Shown: positions 48,661 through 58,142, counted from the stretch's first letter. The stretch is DNA of 58,142 bases from Bacteroidales bacterium (GCA_021740175.1 JAIPAH010000003.1:1-58142); one strand, 5' to 3'. Notes: generated by a model from the letters alone, not told the origin. Program-made: numbers and translations.

Positions 48661-50397
48661 ATGGCAGTAGAAAAGTACATTTTAGAAAAAGCACAATCCT
48701 GGGTCGAGGGGAATTACGACGAAGATACCAAACAACGTGTCAAGTGGTTGCTTGATAATGACGAACAAGAATTGACCAATGCGTTTTACCAGGATCTGGA
48801 GTTTGGCACCGGCGGCCTGCGTGGTGTGATGGGCGTTGGAACCAACAGGATGAATAAATATACGGTTGGAATGACTACACAGGGCCTTGCCAATTACTTG
48901 CTCAAGACCTATCCCGGTGAGACGCTTAAGGTAGCCATAGCTTTTGATTGTCGCCAAAACAACACGTTTTTTGCCCGAACTACCGCCGATGTATTATCCG
49001 CCAATGGGATCGAGGTTTATCTTTTTAATGATTTGCGGCCGACCCCGGAGCTATCGTATGCTATCCGTCACCTTAAATGCCACAGTGGGGTTATGATTAC
49101 CGCTTCCCATAACCCGAAAGAATATAATGGGTATAAAGTTTACTGGAATGACGGGGGACAAATCGTTCCACCCCATGACAAGAACATCATAGCGGAAGTG
49201 CAAAAGATTCAATCCGTAGATGATGTAAAATTCGAGGGTAATCCGGAACTGGTAGAAACTATTGGCGAAGAAGTGGATACTTCCTATATTAACCGGATCA
49301 AGAACCTTTCCCTTTCACCTTCACTAATTCAGCGTCAGCAAGCCCTTAAAATCGTCTATACTCCTTTGCATGGTACCGGTGTAAAGCTCGTTCCCAGGGC
49401 TTTGCAAGCTTTTGGTTTTAAAAATATTTACCATATTGAAGAACAGGATGTTACAGACGGGAATTTCCCTGCTGTCCGTTCCCCCAATCCCGAAGAGCCG
49501 GCAGCATTGGATATGGCTATCAAAAAAGCCCGGGAAACCGATGCCGGTTTGGTTATGGCAACCGATCCGGATGCCGACCGCGTAGGTGTTGCCGTCAAAA
49601 ACGATAACGGAGACCATGTGCTCCTCAACGGCAACCAAACCGCAGCTATTTTGATTTATTATCTCCTTACCAAGTGGCAGGAGCAGGGAAAATTAACCGG
49701 CCGGGAATACATTGCCAAAACGGTGGTCACTACCGATCTCCTGCAAGAAATCGCCGACCACTTTGACGTACCCACTTACAATACATTGACCGGGTTCAAA
49801 TGGATTGCCGATTTGATAAGAGAAAAAGAAGAAAAAGAGACCTTTATCGGGGGCGGGGAAGAAAGCTACGGCTACCTTGTCGGAGACTTCGTCAGGGACA
49901 AAGATGCGGTGATTTCCTGCGCTATGATAGCTGAAGCGGCAGCCTGGGCCGCCGAAAAAGGCAAATCTTTGTATCAGTTGCTTCCGGAAATTTATCAACA
50001 GTTTAGTTTTTATTATGAGAAGCTGATGTCGGTAAAAAGAGAAGGTAAAGAAGGAGCGGAGGAAATACAGCAATGGATGAAGAATTACCGTCAGCAGCCA
50101 CCCCAGGCTATTAATGGCTCACCCATCGTCATGATTAAGGATTATTCAATTAGCGAAGCAAAAAATGTCAAGGAGAACAGGACTGAAAAAATTGATTTGC
50201 CGCAATCAAATGTCCTGCAATTCTTTACCGAGGACGGTTCCAAAATAACGATGCGCCCCTCCGGTACCGAACCGAAAATCAAGTATTACTTTAGTGTGAA
50301 AGGAAAACTGGAGGATAAAAACGATTTTGAACGGAAAAAAGATGAATTGGATAAAAAGATAGATAGCATTATTAAAGACCTTAAGCTCGAAAAGTGA
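48661..50397 (+). CDS. pgm: Phosphoglucomutase / phosphomannomutase
   Basis: FGTGGLRG, ITASHNP, TDPDADR, GEESYG, RPSGTEPKIK. Confidence 0.94.
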   Translation: MAVEKYILEKAQSWVEGNYDEDTKQRVKWLLDNDEQELTNAFYQDLEFGTGGLRGVMGVGTNRMNKYTVGMTTQGLANYLLKTYPGETLKVAIAFDCRQNNTFFARTTADVLSANGIEVYLFNDLRPTPELSYAIRHLKCHSGVMITASHNPKEYNGYKVYWNDGGQIVPPHDKNIIAEVQKIQSVDDVKFEGNPELVETIGEEVDTSYINRIKNLSLSPSLIQRQQALKIVYTPLHGTGVKLVPRALQAFGFKNIYHIEEQDVTDGNFPAVRSPNPEEPAALDMAIKKARETDAGLVMATDPDADRVGVAVKNDNGDHVLLNGNQTAAILIYYLLTKWQEQGKLTGREYIAKTVVTTDLLQEIADHFDVPTYNTLTGFKWIADLIREKEEKETFIGGGEESYGYLVGDFVRDKDAVISCAMIAEAAAWAAEKGKSLYQLLPEIYQQFSFYYEKLMSVKREGKEGAEEIQQWMKNYRQQPPQAINGSPIVMIKDYSISEAKNVKENRTEKIDLPQSNVLQFFTEDGSKITMRPSGTEPKIKYYFSVKGKLEDKNDFERKKDELDKKIDSIIKDLKLEK

Positions 50398-50764
50398 TTT
50401 AAAATCCGGGCTTTTTTTTTGTCTATCTCTCTCAAAGACCGTTATTCCGATACTTAAGGCTTTAAAAATCTCACTTAGCTATAATGACAGTAATAAGCCA
50501 ATCATTCTTTGGAAACGGTCCAAAAAGGTATAAACCGGCCGTTAAAATAATTTTGGAAACACCAAGGCACCAAGATTCACGAAGAAAGACGTATAGCATA
50601 ATTGGAAAATATTAAAAATTGATATAGAACTATTTACAAAAATAGTCATTTCATAAAAGATGAATATTCATGATTTTAAAAGAAATGCGAAACTTTAGTT
50701 CCTTAATAAAGGCTTACTAAAAATCATAATCAAAAAATTGGCCATCTGTACGATCGAGAATTTC

Positions 50765-50864
50765 TTTGAACCCTTTAAATAATTATTACTTTTGTTATGC
50801 TAAAAATGATGGACTTCGGGTTTAACTGATTGTTTCGGAACCAATCAATTTCTAAAGTCCGTCA
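50765..50864 (+). promoter_or_regulatory. Promoter followed by a structured 5' leader
   Basis: TTTG (50765-50768) and TACTTTTG (50787-50794), then stem TGATGGACTT (50807-50816) / AAGTCCGTCA (50855-50864) enclosing an inner stem TGATTG/CAATCA. Confidence 0.5.
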
Positions 50865-50891
50865 AGAGGAGAAATTAAAAAAGGCTTGTGC

Positions 50892-51524
50892 ATGAATTTT
50901 GAAGGTGGGAACAGACAATTCCCCATTTGGGTTCTTAGTGATATGGAGCCCAGTTATTTGGAAGAAAACCTGAAAGGGCCTTTCGACTATCGGCATCCTT
51001 CACGGCATATTGTATGCACCTCCGTTTTTAATGCCATTCAGCATCATGTTTATAAATCCATCAAAAAGAGAGTTGATGAAGCCTCCTTTAGCTACTTTAC
51101 GACCTTCCCTCAGAAAGTTGAGAAGCCCAAAATCAATGATGTGATATGGGAAAATGGAATCCAGGATGAAATTTCGGAGCTCAAAAAAGAAGTGGACACT
51201 TACCGGCCGTCCGTAATACTTTCTTTCGGGGCTTTCACCTACGAATTGCTACGAAGGACGCAGGAAAATAGTGCCGCACGCAGCTATGGCTCCTGGACAC
51301 CGGCAGAGCTTGGAGGAGAATTCAAAACATGTGTGAACGATTTTGATATCAATGCAGTTAATATTTTCCCCCTTATGGATCGCAGTATCATAGGTTGGCG
51401 ATTTCTTGAAAGCCATGAACAATTTGTGGGTAAAAAGAATGCGGATTATTTTCAATACGCCGGAAGGGAAATTGCCCGTTTGCTTGTTACCCATCAGGAT
51501 GAGCTCGATATCTGGATAAAGTAA
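50892..51524 (+). CDS. Hypothetical protein, possibly a degenerate uracil-DNA-glycosylase-like fold
   Basis: 210-aa ORF with its own promoter. PIWVLSDMEP, YRPSVILSFG and IFPLMDRS occur in the order of UDG motif A, PxxIxxLG and motif B. Confidence 0.55.
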   Translation: MNFEGGNRQFPIWVLSDMEPSYLEENLKGPFDYRHPSRHIVCTSVFNAIQHHVYKSIKKRVDEASFSYFTTFPQKVEKPKINDVIWENGIQDEISELKKEVDTYRPSVILSFGAFTYELLRRTQENSAARSYGSWTPAELGGEFKTCVNDFDINAVNIFPLMDRSIIGWRFLESHEQFVGKKNADYFQYAGREIARLLVTHQDELDIWIK

Positions 51525-51597
51525 ATAAACCCTGATTTTCTGCTTATCTCCAAATCTAGACACTTTTTGTAATTTTGCACCTTAAATTAAAAAAACT

Positions 51598-52155
51598 ATG
51601 GCTGAGGAAAATACAAAACCTATTTACAGCAAGCATGTCGGCGAGATGCTGACCGTAGCCAATGAATATTGCATGTTTGTAGAAAAAGCGGAAGATTACA
51701 GGAAACAGGATATCATAGAATATATGTATAAAATTCTTCCTATGCTTTATCTTAAAGGGATATTAGTGCCCGGGACAACCGTGGGAGACCCCTCGGCGAA
51801 TGAAAAATACGTCAATGAAATGCAATGGGAGCGTGTATTTTATGCTGTGAAGGGGAAACTTGAGGAAGATGATAAGTATTGGATAGTGCGAAACACCGGT
51901 CTTAATGAATATGAACCCCAGGAAGCCAGCCTTTCGGATAACCTGGCCGATATTTACCAGGATATGAAGGATTTTCTTATGCTTTATCAACGCAATAGCG
52001 ATGCAGCTAAAGAAAATGCCGTGGCCGATTTCAAAAATCTTTTCCAGAATCATTGGGGCATAAGAGCAGTTAGGGCATTAAACCGGTTCCATGAACTCAT
52101 GTTTGATCCCAATAAGGATCCCTTTGCCGATGAGAACAAGTTGGGGCTTGATTAA
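51598..52155 (+). CDS. DUF5063-like protein
   Basis: TVANEYC.F.E, LPMLYLKG, LSDNLADIYQDMKDF, F..HWG; promoter TAATTTTG at 51570-51577. Confidence 0.8.
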   Translation: MAEENTKPIYSKHVGEMLTVANEYCMFVEKAEDYRKQDIIEYMYKILPMLYLKGILVPGTTVGDPSANEKYVNEMQWERVFYAVKGKLEEDDKYWIVRNTGLNEYEPQEASLSDNLADIYQDMKDFLMLYQRNSDAAKENAVADFKNLFQNHWGIRAVRALNRFHELMFDPNKDPFADENKLGLD

Positions 52156-52241
52156 GTAATAATACCAACATTTAGGGATAACCCTGCATTCTGGAAATTT
52201 CTATTTTTGCTCCCTGGATTTGGTTTAACGGAGGATAGTGA

Positions 52242-54752
52242 ATGACATTATATGATCTGGATCAAGGCGAGCGGGGAGTGATTACCAAGGTAAAGGGTCA
52301 TGGCAGCTTCCGTAAGCGAATCACTGAAATGGGATTCGTCATCGGCAAAGAAGTGAAAGTGATCAAAAAAGCTCCCCTGCGCGATCCGGTAGAATATAAA
52401 ATCATGGATTACTTCGTAACGCTCCGCAATAGCGAAGCCAAATTGGTTGAGGTGGTTTCGGAAAAAGAAGTAGTCCGGGAGCAACCTTCCTTTAACGGTA
52501 CTATCGATAGCCAGATTCTCAAGCGAGCCGCTTACAAAAAAGAAAAGACTGTTAATATCGCCCTGGTAGGTAATCCCAACTCAGGCAAGACCACTATATT
52601 TAATTATATAGCAGGAATGACCGAGAAGGTGGGGAATTATGGCGGTGTTACCGTGGACGTCAAGAAAGCCAATTTCCATCTCGACGGATATGACTTCAAC
52701 ATTATCGACCTACCCGGAACCTATTCTATTACAGCTTATTCCCCTGAAGAACTTTTTGTACGGGAATACATCCTGGAGGAGCAACCCGATATTGTTATCA
52801 ATATGGTGGACTCCGGCAATCTGGAAAGAAATCTTTACCTCACCACCCAACTTATCGATATGGATATTAAAGTGGTGGTGGCCCTGAATATGTATGATGA
52901 GTTCCGAAAAAACGGCGATGAACTCAACTATGAGAAACTGGGGCAAATGTTGGGGATTCCCTTCATACCCACGGTAGGTAATCGTAAAGTTGGGATTAAC
53001 ACTTTATTCCGGAAAGGGATTGATGTGTTTGAAGACCGGGAAGACAAAGTCCGCCATATCCATGTAAATTATGGCAAAGTCCTGGAAAAAGGAATACGCG
53101 AGGTCGAAAAAGCTATTAAGCAATCCGGGGAACTCAATATCCATAAAATTTCCCCTCGTTTCCTGGCCATTAAACTGCTGGAGAATGATGAAGATGCGCT
53201 GGAAAAAGTGCGTAGTCTTTCTGATAGCAACGAGATACTTGAGATAAAGGACGAAGAGGTTAAAGAAATCGAACGGATGTTGCTAGACGATTGCGAGAAT
53301 TTGATTACCGATGCCAAATATGCTTTTATCTCAGGGGCTTTGCATGAAACGATGGCTCAGAGTAAGATCAAGCGCATCAGGAAGAGCGAAATCATCGATA
53401 CGTTCATCACCCATAAACTCTGGGGGATTCCCATTTTTGCCTTCTTTATGTGGCTGACCTTTTTTGCTACTTTTAAGCTGGGCGAGTACCCGATGGAATG
53501 GATCGAAGGCGGTATCGGTCTACTTAGCACCGAACTGAGCCAGCACATGCAGGATGGTATTCTTAAGGATCTATTGGTCAATGGTATTCTCGGAGGCGTG
53601 GGTGGTGTCCTGGTATTCCTGCCGAACATCATTATCCTTTACTTTTTTATCTCTCTTATGGAAGACACCGGATATATGGCGCGGGCGGTGTTTATCATGG
53701 ACCGGTTGATGCATAAGATAGGATTGCACGGTAAATCTTTCATCCCTTTGCTCATGGGTTTTGGTTGTAATGTGCCGGCGATTATGGCTACACGGACTAT
53801 CGAGAGCAAACGCGACCGGATGGTGACCATGCTTATCACCCCCTTTATGTCTTGCAGTGCGCGGCTGCCGGTTTTCATCCTATTGATTTCGGCCTTTTTC
53901 CAAAGTTACCAGGCAACGATTTTATTTGCTCTTTACCTGCTTGGGGTCTTAATAGCTATAGGCAGTTCGATGTTGTTGACCAAATCCTTTTTTAAAAAAG
54001 CCGAGCAGCCCTTTGTGATGGAATTACCACCCTACCGGTTGCCCACATTCCGCAGCCTTGTTAAGCATATGTGGTCCAGTGCTCAGCAATACCTGCGAAA
54101 GATCGCCGGTGTTATCCTTTTAGCCTCTATCATTATTTGGGCATTAGGCTATTTCCCGGTAAATGTGGATTATTCAAAAGATTATAAAAATGAAATCGCT
54201 TACCTGGAGCGTAACAAGGATTACCTGTTAGAAAGCGGCCAGCAAAAGGCCGGAAGTTATTCGATGGAGTTAATCGAGAAAAGAATCTCCAAACTGAAAA
54301 GGCAACGCCGGGCTGAAAAACAGCAAAAGTCGTACATTGGTAAGATCGGGAATTTCGTGCAACCGGTTATGGAACCGCTGGGTTTTGACTGGAAAATGAC
54401 CGTAGGAATCATAACCGGGGTGGCGGCCAAGGAAGTGGTGGTAGGTACGCTGGGCGTCCTCTACCAGGCGGACCCCGAAAAGGCAGAACAAGGCAGCGGT
54501 GATTTGGTGCAAAAATTGCAAATGCAGCAACACCAGGAAGGTCCCCGTGAAGGGAAATCGGTTTTTACGCCGCTGGTAGCCTTGTCTTTTATGATTTTTG
54601 TGTTGATCTACTTCCCCTGTGTGGCAGTGATTGCAGCCATTAAAAAAGAATCGGGAAGCTGGAAATGGGCCCTTTTTGAAATTTTTTATACGACTTCCGT
54701 AGCCTGGATAGTGGCATTTTTAGTTTACCAAACAGGCTCATTAATAATATAG
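52242..54752 (+). CDS. feoB: Ferrous iron transporter B with fused N-terminal FeoA domain
   Basis: FeoA SH3-like N-terminus (RKRITEMGF...APLRDP), GNPNSGKT, DLPGTYS, NMYD, GFGCNVP, FMSCSARLP, YFPC; promoter TATTTTTG at 52202-52209. Confidence 0.96.
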   Translation: MTLYDLDQGERGVITKVKGHGSFRKRITEMGFVIGKEVKVIKKAPLRDPVEYKIMDYFVTLRNSEAKLVEVVSEKEVVREQPSFNGTIDSQILKRAAYKKEKTVNIALVGNPNSGKTTIFNYIAGMTEKVGNYGGVTVDVKKANFHLDGYDFNIIDLPGTYSITAYSPEELFVREYILEEQPDIVINMVDSGNLERNLYLTTQLIDMDIKVVVALNMYDEFRKNGDELNYEKLGQMLGIPFIPTVGNRKVGINTLFRKGIDVFEDREDKVRHIHVNYGKVLEKGIREVEKAIKQSGELNIHKISPRFLAIKLLENDEDALEKVRSLSDSNEILEIKDEEVKEIERMLLDDCENLITDAKYAFISGALHETMAQSKIKRIRKSEIIDTFITHKLWGIPIFAFFMWLTFFATFKLGEYPMEWIEGGIGLLSTELSQHMQDGILKDLLVNGILGGVGGVLVFLPNIIILYFFISLMEDTGYMARAVFIMDRLMHKIGLHGKSFIPLLMGFGCNVPAIMATRTIESKRDRMVTMLITPFMSCSARLPVFILLISAFFQSYQATILFALYLLGVLIAIGSSMLLTKSFFKKAEQPFVMELPPYRLPTFRSLVKHMWSSAQQYLRKIAGVILLASIIIWALGYFPVNVDYSKDYKNEIAYLERNKDYLLESGQQKAGSYSMELIEKRISKLKRQRRAEKQQKSYIGKIGNFVQPVMEPLGFDWKMTVGIITGVAAKEVVVGTLGVLYQADPEKAEQGSGDLVQKLQMQQHQEGPREGKSVFTPLVALSFMIFVLIYFPCVAVIAAIKKESGSWKWALFEIFYTTSVAWIVAFLVYQTGSLII

Positions 54753-54755
54753 CTT

Positions 54756-54956
54756 ATGAATATTCAGGAAATTATTGTACTCATCATATTAGCCATTACT
54801 GTATTTTTTGCCATCAGAAAAATGATGCGGAAAGTAAAAAATCCCGCCGATTGCAGTAGCTGCAGCTCGGGAAGTTGTGAAGCCTGCGAGCTAACGGATC
54901 TCAAAAAAGATTATCATAACCGGTCCGGAGAAATGGCCGGAGAAAAAAAGAGATAG
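54756..54956 (+). CDS. FeoB-associated Cys-rich membrane protein
   Basis: One N-terminal TM helix followed by CSSCSSGSCEAC; lies directly after feoB. Confidence 0.85.
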   Translation: MNIQEIIVLIILAITVFFAIRKMMRKVKNPADCSSCSSGSCEACELTDLKKDYHNRSGEMAGEKKR

Positions 54957-54997
54957 GAAAAGTGAAGGTTCGATAGGCAGACTTTCCCGCTTACATC

Positions 54998-55864
54998 TTA
55001 TAGAGATAAATTCTGTGACTTATATCCTAACCTCAGCATTGGAGCAAAGTTAACCCCAAATTTCTCCCTGCCCGGTAGTATGGTCTTGCTGTAATAAGCT
55101 GTTAAGTCAAGGGCTGCGTATAGACTTTGCTGGAAGGAGAGTTTAACGCCCACACCTCCGACAATTCCCATCCCTATTCCTCCTTGCTTAAAATCATAAT
55201 CATTGGAAGGATAATTGGGATTTATCTGGTCGGTGCTGTAATTTGATTGAATGCTTCGTGTAAAGGTTCCGATATCGATTTTATGGCTCATCACGGTAGT
55301 GTTGTTAATGCTGATACCACCTATCGCATAATAGGAGAAATGTCCGGGAGCCGGCCATCGTTGTTTGATGCCGATATCGATTAAGACGCGTTCCTCCGTA
55401 GCCCGGATGTTGCTGAGTTTGTACTTCTCAAAACCAAAATCATCGTTGGGATCGATGACCTTAAAAGTGCCGTTAGCTTGCAGCTTTACATACTGAAAGT
55501 TGATAAAAAAGCCGGTCGTTGAATCGGTGTGATATTCCAGGTGTAAACCCGGCATAGAAGCACTGTTGTAGGCCATATTTTGGGGCAATTCACCGATTTC
55601 ATACTGTTCGTAAGGAATTGCATCCACGATGTCCTCGCGAATTTCATCATTATCCGTAATCCGTGTAATATCATTCACGCCCTGACCATTATAAAAATTG
55701 GCTGTATTGTTGTCGGCAATATAACCGCCGAACTGGATGCCATATTCCCACCAGGGTTTTACCGTATCATTTTTTGTTTCGGGTTGGTTAAATTTTGTTT
55801 CGGGTTGGGCAAAGGTGTTTAGCCCCATAAATAAAACAAATGCCAGCAATAAATTATAGCGCAT
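54998..55864 (-). CDS. Hypothetical outer-membrane beta-barrel protein
   Basis: Signal peptide, alternating amphipathic strands, MLRLGY near the C-terminus; overlaps the kdsA stop. Confidence 0.7.
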   Translation of the reverse strand: MRYNLLLAFVLFMGLNTFAQPETKFNQPETKNDTVKPWWEYGIQFGGYIADNNTANFYNGQGVNDITRITDNDEIREDIVDAIPYEQYEIGELPQNMAYNSASMPGLHLEYHTDSTTGFFINFQYVKLQANGTFKVIDPNDDFGFEKYKLSNIRATEERVLIDIGIKQRWPAPGHFSYYAIGGISINNTTVMSHKIDIGTFTRSIQSNYSTDQINPNYPSNDYDFKQGGIGMGIVGGVGVKLSFQQSLYAALDLTAYYSKTILPGREKFGVNFAPMLRLGYKSQNLSL

Positions 55865-56660
55865 GCCTAATCCGTTTCAGTTTTACAATCAATTCTTCCA
55901 GCTTTTCCAGTTGCAACATGTTAGCTCCATCCGATTTAGCTTGCGACGGGTTGGGGTGCGTTTCGATGAAAATGCCGTCGGCGCCGGAGGCTATGGCAGC
56001 TTTACCAATCGTCTCTATCATTCCGGGCTGCCCGCCGGTGACACCGCTGGTTTGGTTCGGGCGCTGCAGCGAGTGGGTAATGTCCATAATGACGGGCACG
56101 TTGTTTTGCTGCATAACAGGAATCCCCCTGAAATCGACTACCAAATCCTGGTAACCAAAAGTGGTTCCCCTCTCGGTAACCATAATGTTAGGGTTCCCTG
56201 AGTCTTTCACCTTGTTAACGGCAAAAGTCATAGCTTCCGGTGATAAGAATTGTCCCTTTTTGATATTGACCGTTTTCCCGGTATTGGCAGCAGCTACCAG
56301 GATTTCCGTTTGCCGGCAAAGAAAGGCCGGGACCTGGAGGATGTCGACATGTTTGGCCGCTAAGCGGGCTTCCCCGGCCGAGTGAAAATCCGTTATGACG
56401 GGAATATCCAGTTGTTTCCCGATTTTTTGCAGCACTTTCAGTCCTTTTTTGTCCCCTATTCCCGTAAAGGAGTCCAGTCTTGAGCGGTTGGCTTTTTTGT
56501 AAGAAGCCTTGAAGATAAAAGGAAGCTCGTACTTATCCGCCACCCCGGCGAGTTCCCGGGCGATTTCAAAAGGCGATTCCTCATCTTCGATAACACAAGG
56601 GCCTGCTATCAGAAGAAAATTGCCGGTATCGGTATGTTTTAGTTTTTCAATGTTGTACAT
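55854..56660 (-). CDS. kdsA: 3-deoxy-8-phosphooctulonate (KDO8P) synthase
   Basis: IAGPCVIE, KASYKKANRS, QVPAFLCRQT, NIKKGQF, ERGTTFGY, ETHPNP..AKSDG. Confidence 0.97.
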   Translation of the reverse strand: MYNIEKLKHTDTGNFLLIAGPCVIEDEESPFEIARELAGVADKYELPFIFKASYKKANRSRLDSFTGIGDKKGLKVLQKIGKQLDIPVITDFHSAGEARLAAKHVDILQVPAFLCRQTEILVAAANTGKTVNIKKGQFLSPEAMTFAVNKVKDSGNPNIMVTERGTTFGYQDLVVDFRGIPVMQQNNVPVIMDITHSLQRPNQTSGVTGGQPGMIETIGKAAIASGADGIFIETHPNPSQAKSDGANMLQLEKLEELIVKLKRIRHAL

Positions 56661-56675
56661 CGTGCTACGAAATTA

Positions 56676-57938
56676 CTAAAAATCATATTTATCTCTCCAC
56701 CAGTTTTTCAGTCTTTTTTGAATGTCTTGTTCTTTCGGGTTGTTTTGCGGCTGATAAAGCATGGTTCCGGCTATCTTTTCGGGCATAAATTCCTGCTGCA
56801 CAAAGTTGCCCGGGTAATCGTGAGCATATTTGTATTGTTTACCGTACCCGATGTCTTTCATCAATTTAGTGGGGGCATTGCGAATATGGAGAGGAACGGG
56901 TAAATCCCCCTCTTTTTTGACAAGTTCCTGCGCCTCGTTGATAGCCATGTAAGCGGCATTGCTTTTGGGCGAAGAGGCCAGGTAGATGGTAGCCTCCGAT
57001 AATATGATGCGGCTTTCGGGCCAGCCGACCTTCTCCACGGCATTGAAACAGCTTTCTGCCAGCAAAAGGGCGTTCGGATTAGCAAGGCCGACATCTTCGG
57101 ACGCTAAGATAACCAAGCGCCGGGCGATAAATTTAGGCTCTTCCCCCGATTCAATCATGCGGGCCAGCCAGTATACGGCAGCATTCGGGTCAGAGCCGCG
57201 AATCGATTTGATGTAGGCCGAGATGATGTCGTAATGCATCTCGCCGGATTTGTCATAAAGCGCCAGGTTTTGCTGGACGATCTCCATTACCTTTTTATCG
57301 GTCAGGGTGATTTTTTCTTCCGAAGCATAAGCACTGGCTGTCATGTCAATGGCGTTGAACAGTTTTCGGGCATCTCCGCCCGATACCCGCTTCAGAGCCG
57401 CATCTTCTTCGATGACGATATCTTTTCCCAGGTGTTTCTCCAGCTCTTTTTTCCCGGCCTCCATCAACCGGTCGAGATGCTCTTCCTCGAGAGATTTCAG
57501 AATGTAAACCTGGCAGCGGGAGAGCAAGGGAGAGATAACCTCAAACGACGGATTTTCGGTGGTGGCGCCAATCAATGTGATAATCCCCTGTTCAACGGCT
57601 CCAAGCAGCGAATCCTGCTGCGATTTGCTGAAGCGATGGATTTCATCGATAAACAGGATAGCGCCCTGCACCGCTTTGGCGTGTTCGATGACTTTCCTGA
57701 CGTCCTTCACGCCTGAGCTCACCGCACTTAAGGTGTAAAACTGCCGGTTCAAAACCTGCGAAATAATGTAAGCCAGCGTAGTTTTGCCAACACCCGGCGG
57801 GCCCCAGAAAATCATCGAAGGAATATTTCCCGATTCGATGGCCTTGCGCAATACCGCACCTTTTCCCACCAGGTGTTCCTGCCCGATGAAGTCATCCAGC
57901 GTATCCGGTCGCAATATTTCAGCCAAAGGTTTTCGCAT
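56676..57938 (-). CDS. rarA: Replication-associated recombination protein A (start moved to ATG 57938)
   Basis: PLAEILRP, GPPGVGKTT, FIDEIHRF, GATTENPSF, KSIRGSDP, SEDVGLA. The track's TTG overlaps the minus-strand promoter TATTTTTG (57954-57961). Confidence 0.96.
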   Translation of the reverse strand: MRKPLAEILRPDTLDDFIGQEHLVGKGAVLRKAIESGNIPSMIFWGPPGVGKTTLAYIISQVLNRQFYTLSAVSSGVKDVRKVIEHAKAVQGAILFIDEIHRFSKSQQDSLLGAVEQGIITLIGATTENPSFEVISPLLSRCQVYILKSLEEEHLDRLMEAGKKELEKHLGKDIVIEEDAALKRVSGGDARKLFNAIDMTASAYASEEKITLTDKKVMEIVQQNLALYDKSGEMHYDIISAYIKSIRGSDPNAAVYWLARMIESGEEPKFIARRLVILASEDVGLANPNALLLAESCFNAVEKVGWPESRIILSEATIYLASSPKSNAAYMAINEAQELVKKEGDLPVPLHIRNAPTKLMKDIGYGKQYKYAHDYPGNFVQQEFMPEKIAGTMLYQPQNNPKEQDIQKRLKNWWRDKYDF

Positions 57939-57981
57939 CCCGAGGATTTTTGTCAAAAATAGGAAAAATACGAAAGAAGGG

Positions 57982-58060
57982 AATTGGTTAATTAGTTAAT
58001 TGGTGAATGGTTGAATGGATGTATGGTTGAATGGTTGAATGAATGTCTGAGTGCATGAAT
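57982..58060 (+). repeat. Degenerate octamer array (~10 units, GAATGGTT family)
   Basis: aattggtt aattagtt aattggt gaatggtt gaatggat gtatggtt gaatggtt gaatgaat gtctgagt gcatgaat. Confidence 0.85.
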
Positions 58061-58068
58061 GGGCCGTT

Positions 58069-58142
58069 CGGCGAAGCGTCCTCGCTTCGTCGTCTTTATT
58101 CTTTGAGCCTCTGGCTTCAAGAATGAATAGGTCAAAGGGTCT
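58069..58142. repeat. REP-like hairpin cluster related to 17288-17400 (cut by the window end)
   Basis: CGGCGAAGCG-TCCT-CGCTTCGTCG, then TTGAGCCTCTGGCTTCAAGAAT...GGTCAAAGGGTCT, which aligns to the reverse complement of 17348-17400. Confidence 0.6.

Noticed and set aside
52242-54956. FeoA-FeoB fusion as a novelty
   Set aside because: FeoAB fusions followed by a Cys-rich small protein are already known in Bacteroidota.

Overview
A 58 kb chromosomal window from a Bacteroidota genome, most likely Bacteroidales/Marinilabiliales-like, judged from repeated TTTG...TAnnTTTG sigma-ABfr promoters, SRP RNA type, GSIII and DUF4831/DUF3078/DUF4199/DUF5063-like genes. Most of it is housekeeping or envelope DNA: pepC, yciH, uvrA, an ECF sigma factor, nth, bcp, recA, glutamine synthetase III, a GDP-heptose operon (hddA-gmhA-hddC-gmhB) behind two glycosyltransferases, ffs, two identical tRNA-Lys genes, ugd-uxs-rfbD-pgm, fused feoAB, kdsA and rarA. 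The less ordinary parts are: (1) a two-component system directly ahead of a hemA-C-D-B-L-E operon that stops at coproporphyrinogen III and ends in a small His-containing membrane protein, with an isolated group II intron 3' end (D5/D6) just upstream; (2) an mscS gene with an internal deletion that now reads in frame into a DUF3078-like outer-membrane gene; (3) several non-coding MITE/REP-like elements, some with 6-bp target-site duplications, nested up to three deep and placed next to octamer microsatellite arrays; (4) a sensor-less hybrid kinase-like protein with a dead ATPase domain, plus two tandem Hpt proteins and an orphan receiver; (5) a degenerate UDG-fold-like ORF behind a structured 5' leader. 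I saw no CRISPR array, intact transposase, integrase, reverse transcriptase or prophage. All family calls come from recognising motifs by eye; no database searches were run.
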